Shown here piece after piece: positions 58,701 to 64,000 of a stretch of DNA of 64,000 nucleotides. Below the pieces are notes generated by a model that had not been told where the DNA came from, made no database searches, and was given only the letters and a program-made list of their open reading frames with translations. This stretch comes from Eledone cirrhosa (taxonomy: Eukaryota): assembly GCA_964016885.1 (NCBI GenBank), contig OZ024743.1, positions 76,694,001-76,758,000 on the forward strand, read 5' to 3'. The position numbers were made by a program, and so were the translations under genes. How positions within the stretch are numbered: position 1 is the stretch's first letter; each line of letters starts with the position of its first letter.

Positions 58701-61700
58701 ATATAACTAACATATTAACAAGACACTGGAGTCTGCTATTGACTGTAATATAGATATAATATATATATAATATAACTAACATATTAACAAGACACTGGAG
58801 TCCGCTATTGACTGTAATATAGATATAATATAGATATAATATAACCAACATATTAACAAGACACTGGAGTCAGCTATTGACTGTAATATAGATATAATAT
58901 AGATATAATATAATTAACATATTAACAAGACACTGGAGTCAGCTATTGACTGTAATATAGATATAATATATCTATAATATAACTAACATATTAACAAGAC
59001 ACTGGAGTCTGCTATTGACTGTAATATAGATATAATATAGATATAATATAACCAACATATTAACAAGACACTGGAGTCAGCTATTGACTGTAATATAGAT
59101 ATAATATATCTATGATATAACTAACATATTAACAAGACACTGGAGTCAGCTATTGACTATAATATAGATATAATATAGATATAATATAACCAACATATTA
59201 ACAAGACACTGGAGTCAACTATTGACTGTAATATAGATATAATATAGATATAATATAACTAACATATTAACAAGACGCTGGAGTCAGCTATTGACTGTAA
59301 TATAGATATAATATAGATATAATATAACTAACATATTAACAAGACACTGGAGTCAGCTATTGACTGTAATATAGATATAATATAGATATAATATAACTAA
59401 CATATTAACAAGACACTGGAGTCAGCTATTGACTGTAATATAGATATAATATAGATATAATATAACTAACATATTAACAAGACACTGGAGTCAGCTATTG
59501 ACTGTAATATAGATATAATATATCTATAATATAACTAACATATTAACAAGACACTAGAGTCAGCTATTGACTGTAATATAGATATAATATAGATATAATA
59601 TAACTAACATATTAATAAGACACTGGAGTCAGCTATTGACTGTAATATAGATATAATATATCTATAATATAACTAACATATTAACAAGACACTGTAGTCA
59701 GCTATTTACTGTAATATAGATATAAAATATCTATAATATAACTAACATATTAACAAGACACTGGAGTCAGCTATAGACTGTAATATAGATATAATATAGA
59801 TATAATATAGATATAATATAACAAACATATTAACAAGACACTGTAGTCAGCTATTTACTGTAATATAGATATAATATATATATAATATAACTAACATATT
59901 AACAAGACACTGGAGTCAGCTATAGACTGTAATATAGATATAATATATCTATAATATAACTAACGTATTAACAGGACACTGGAGTCTGCTATTGACTGTA
60001 ATATAAATATAATATATCTATAATATAACTAACATATTAACAAGACACTGGAGTCAGCTATTGACTGTAATATAGATAAAATATAGATATAATATAACTA
60101 ACATATTAACAAGACACTGGAGTCAGCTATTGTCTGTAATATAGATATAATATAGATATAATATAACTAACATATTAACAAGACACTGGAGTCAGCTATA
60201 GACTGATATATAGATATAATATATCTATAATATAACTAACATATTAACAAGACACTGGAGTCAGCTATAGACTGTAATATAGATATAATATATCTATAAT
60301 ATAACTAACATATTAACAAGACACTGGAGTCAGCTATTGACTGTAATATAGATATAATATAGATATAATATAACCAACATATTAACAAGACACTGGAGTC
60401 AGCTATTGACTGTAATATAGATATAATATAGATATAATATAACCAACATATTAACAAGACACTGGAGTCAGCTATAGACTGTAATATAGATATAATATAG
60501 ATATAATATAACTAACATATTAACAAGACACTAGAGTCAGCTATTTACTGTAATATAGATATAATATAGATATAATATAACTAACATATTAACAAGACAC
60601 TGGAGTCAGCTATTAATATAGATATAAAATATCTATAATATAACTAATATATTAACAGGACACTGGAGTCTGCTATTGACTGTAATATAAATATAATATA
60701 TCTATAATATAACTAACATATTAACAAGACACTGGAGTCAGCTATTGACTGTAATATAGATAAAATATAGATATAATATAACTAACATATTAACAAGACA
60801 CTGGAGTCAGCTATAGACTGTTATATAGATATAATATATCTATAATATAACTAACATATTAACAAGACACTGGAGTCAGCTATAGATGGAATATAGATAT
60901 AATATATCTATAATATAACTAACATATTAACAAGACACTGCAGTCAGCTATTGACTGTAATATAGATATAATATAGATATAATATAACCAACATATTAAT
61001 AAGACACTGGAGTCAGCTATTGACTGTAATATAGATATAATATAGATATAATATAACCAACATATTAACAAGACACTGGAGTCAGCTATAGACTGTAATA
61101 TAGATATAATATAGATATAATATAACTAACATATTAACAAGACACTAGAGTCAGCTATTTACTGTAATATAGATATAATATAGATATAATATAACTAACA
61201 TATTAACAAGACACTGGAGTCAGCTATTGACTGTAATATAGATATAATATAGATATAATATAACTAACATATTAACAAGACACTGGAGTCAGCTATTAAT
61301 ATAGATATAATATATCTATAATATAACTAACATATTAACAAGACACTAGAGTCAGCTATTTACTGTAATATAGATATAATATATCTATAATATAACTAAC
61401 ATATTAACAAGACACTGGAGTCAGCTATTGACTGTAATATAGATATAATATAGATATAATATAACCAACATATTAACAAGACACTGGAGTCAGCTGTTGA
61501 CTGTAATATAGATATAATATATCTATAATATAACTAACATATTAACAAGACACTGGAGTCAGCTATTGACTGTAATATAGATATAATATATCTATAATAT
61601 AACAAACATATTAACAAGACACTGTAGTCAGCTATTTAATGTAATATAGATATAATATAGATATAATATAACTAACATATTAACAAGACACTGGAGTCAG

Positions 61701-64000
61701 CTATTGACTGTAATATAGATATAATATAGATATAATATAACCAACATATTAAAAAGACACTAGAGTCAGCTATTGACTGTAATATAGATATAATATAGAT
61801 ATAATATAACCAATATATTATCAAGACACTGGAGTCAGCTATTGACTGTAATATAGATATAATATATCTATAATATAATTAACATATTAACAAGACACTG
61901 GAGTCAGCTATTGACTGTAATATAGATATAATATATCTATAATATAACTAACATATTAACAAGACACTGGAGTCTGCTATTGACTGTAATATAGATATAA
62001 TATATATATAATATAACTAACATATTAACAAGACACTGGAGTCCGCTATTGACTGTAATATAGATATAATATAGATATAATATAACCAACAGATTAACAA
62101 GACACTGGAGTCAGCTATTGACTGTAATATAGATATAATATAGATATAATATAATTAACATATTAACAAGACACTGGAGTCAGCTATTGACTGTAATATA
62201 GATATAATATATCTATAATATAACTAACATATTAACAAGACACTGGAGTCTGCTATTGACTGTAATATAGATATAATATAGATATAATATAACTAACATA
62301 TTAACAAGACACTGGAATCAGCTATTGTCTGTAATATAGATATAATATAGATATAATATAACTAACATATTAACAAGACACTGGAGTCAGCTATAGACTG
62401 ATATATAGATATAATATATCTATAATATAACTAACATATTAACAAGACACTGGAGTCAGCTATAGACTGTAATATAGATATAATATATCTATAATATAAC
62501 TAACATATTAACAAGACACTGGAGTCAGCTATAGACTGTTATATAGATATAATATATCTATAATATAACTAACATATTAACAAGACACTGGAGTCAGCTA
62601 TAGATGGAATATAGATATAATATATCTATAATATAACTAACATATTAACAAGACACTGGAGTCAGCTATTGACTGTAATATAGATATAATATAGATATAA
62701 TATAACCAACATATTAATAAGACACTGGAGTCAGCTATTGACTGTAATATAGATATAATATAGATATAATATAAACAACATATTAACAAGACACTGGAGT
62801 CAGCTATAGACTGTAATATAGATATAATATAGATATAATATAACTAACATATTAACAAGACACTAGAGTCAGCTATTTACTGTAATATAGATATAATATA
62901 GATATAATATAACTAACATATTAACAAGACACTGGAGTCAGCTATTGACTGTAATATAGATATAATATAGATATAATATAACTAACATATTAACAAGACA
63001 CTGGAGTCAGCTATTAATATAGATATAATATATCTATAATATAACTAACATATTAACAAGACACTAGAATCAGCTATTTACTGTAATATAGATATAATAT
63101 ATCTATAATATAACTAACATATTAACAAGACACTGGAGTCAGCTATTGACTGTAATATAGATATAATATAGATATAATATAACCAACATATTAACAAGAC
63201 ACGAGTCAGCTGTTGACTGTAATATAGATATAATATATCTATAATATAACTAACATATTAACAAGACACTGGAGTCAGCTATTGACTGTAATATAGATAT
63301 AATATATCTATAATATAACAAACATATTAACAAGACACTGTAGTCAGCTATTTAATGTAATATAGATATAATATAGATATAATATAACTAACATATTAAC
63401 AAGACACTGGAGTCAGCTATTGACCGTAATATAGATATAATATAGATATAATATAACCAACATATTAACAAGACACTAGAGTCAGCTATTGACTGTAATA
63501 TAGATATAATATAGATATAATATAACCAACATATTATCAAGACACTGGAGTCAGCTATTGACTGTAATATAGATATAATATATCTATAATATAATTAACA
63601 TATTAACAAGACACTGGAGTCAGCTATTGACTGTAATATAGATATAATATATCTATAATATAACTAACATATTAACAAGACACTGGAGTCTGCTATTGAC
63701 TGTAATATAGATATAATATATATATAATATAACTAACATATTAACAAGACACTGGAGTCCGCTATTGACTGTAATATAGATATAATATAGATATAATATA
63801 ACCAACATATTAATAAGACACTGGAGTCAGCTATTGACTGTAATATAGATATAATATAGATATAATATAATTAACATATTAACAAGACACTGGAGTCAGC
63901 TATTGACTGTAATATAGATATAATATATCTATAATATAACTAACATATTAACAAGACACTGGAGTCTGCTATTGACTGTAATATAGATATAATATAGATA
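43753..64000. repeat. 69-bp satellite, right part (~290 units, runs off the window) with higher-order repeats
   Basis: Same unit as the left part. Ordered series of variant monomers recur at ~3.6-kb and ~1.5-kb spacing. Confidence 0.98.

Noticed and set aside
37034-64000. CRISPR-like array (regular repeats with a palindrome next to an RT/nuclease gene)
   Set aside because: Monomers are head-to-tail with no unique spacers, there are no cas genes, and the adjacent ORF is a LINE ORF2.

Overview
Eukaryotic, AT-rich, repeat-dominated DNA with no confidently supported host gene. The SINE family, microsatellite load and LINE content suggest an invertebrate, probably an octopus or other cephalopod (inference). 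There are three zones. (1) 2063-9745 is a degenerate (ACC)n-derived minisatellite. (2) About 9.9-37 kb is a mosaic of Penelope-like elements (PLEs), LINE fragments (CR1/Crack-like, CRE-like, RTE), tRNA-derived SINEs, Helitron and mariner remnants, and microsatellites. (3) 37034-64000 is a 69-bp satellite with higher-order structure, interrupted by a young, 5'-truncated L1/Tx1-type retrotransposon. The most interesting layer is non-coding: eight type I hammerhead ribozyme (HHR) motifs (five with an intact core, two with a C-A-GAAGA core variant, and degenerate copies included in that count only where the fold is clear), from at least three PLE families, mostly in inverted pairs anchored in (TA)n. 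One PLE insertion appears to have captured about 540 bp of the neighbouring satellite in inverted orientation. All motif calls are by eye; no searches were run.
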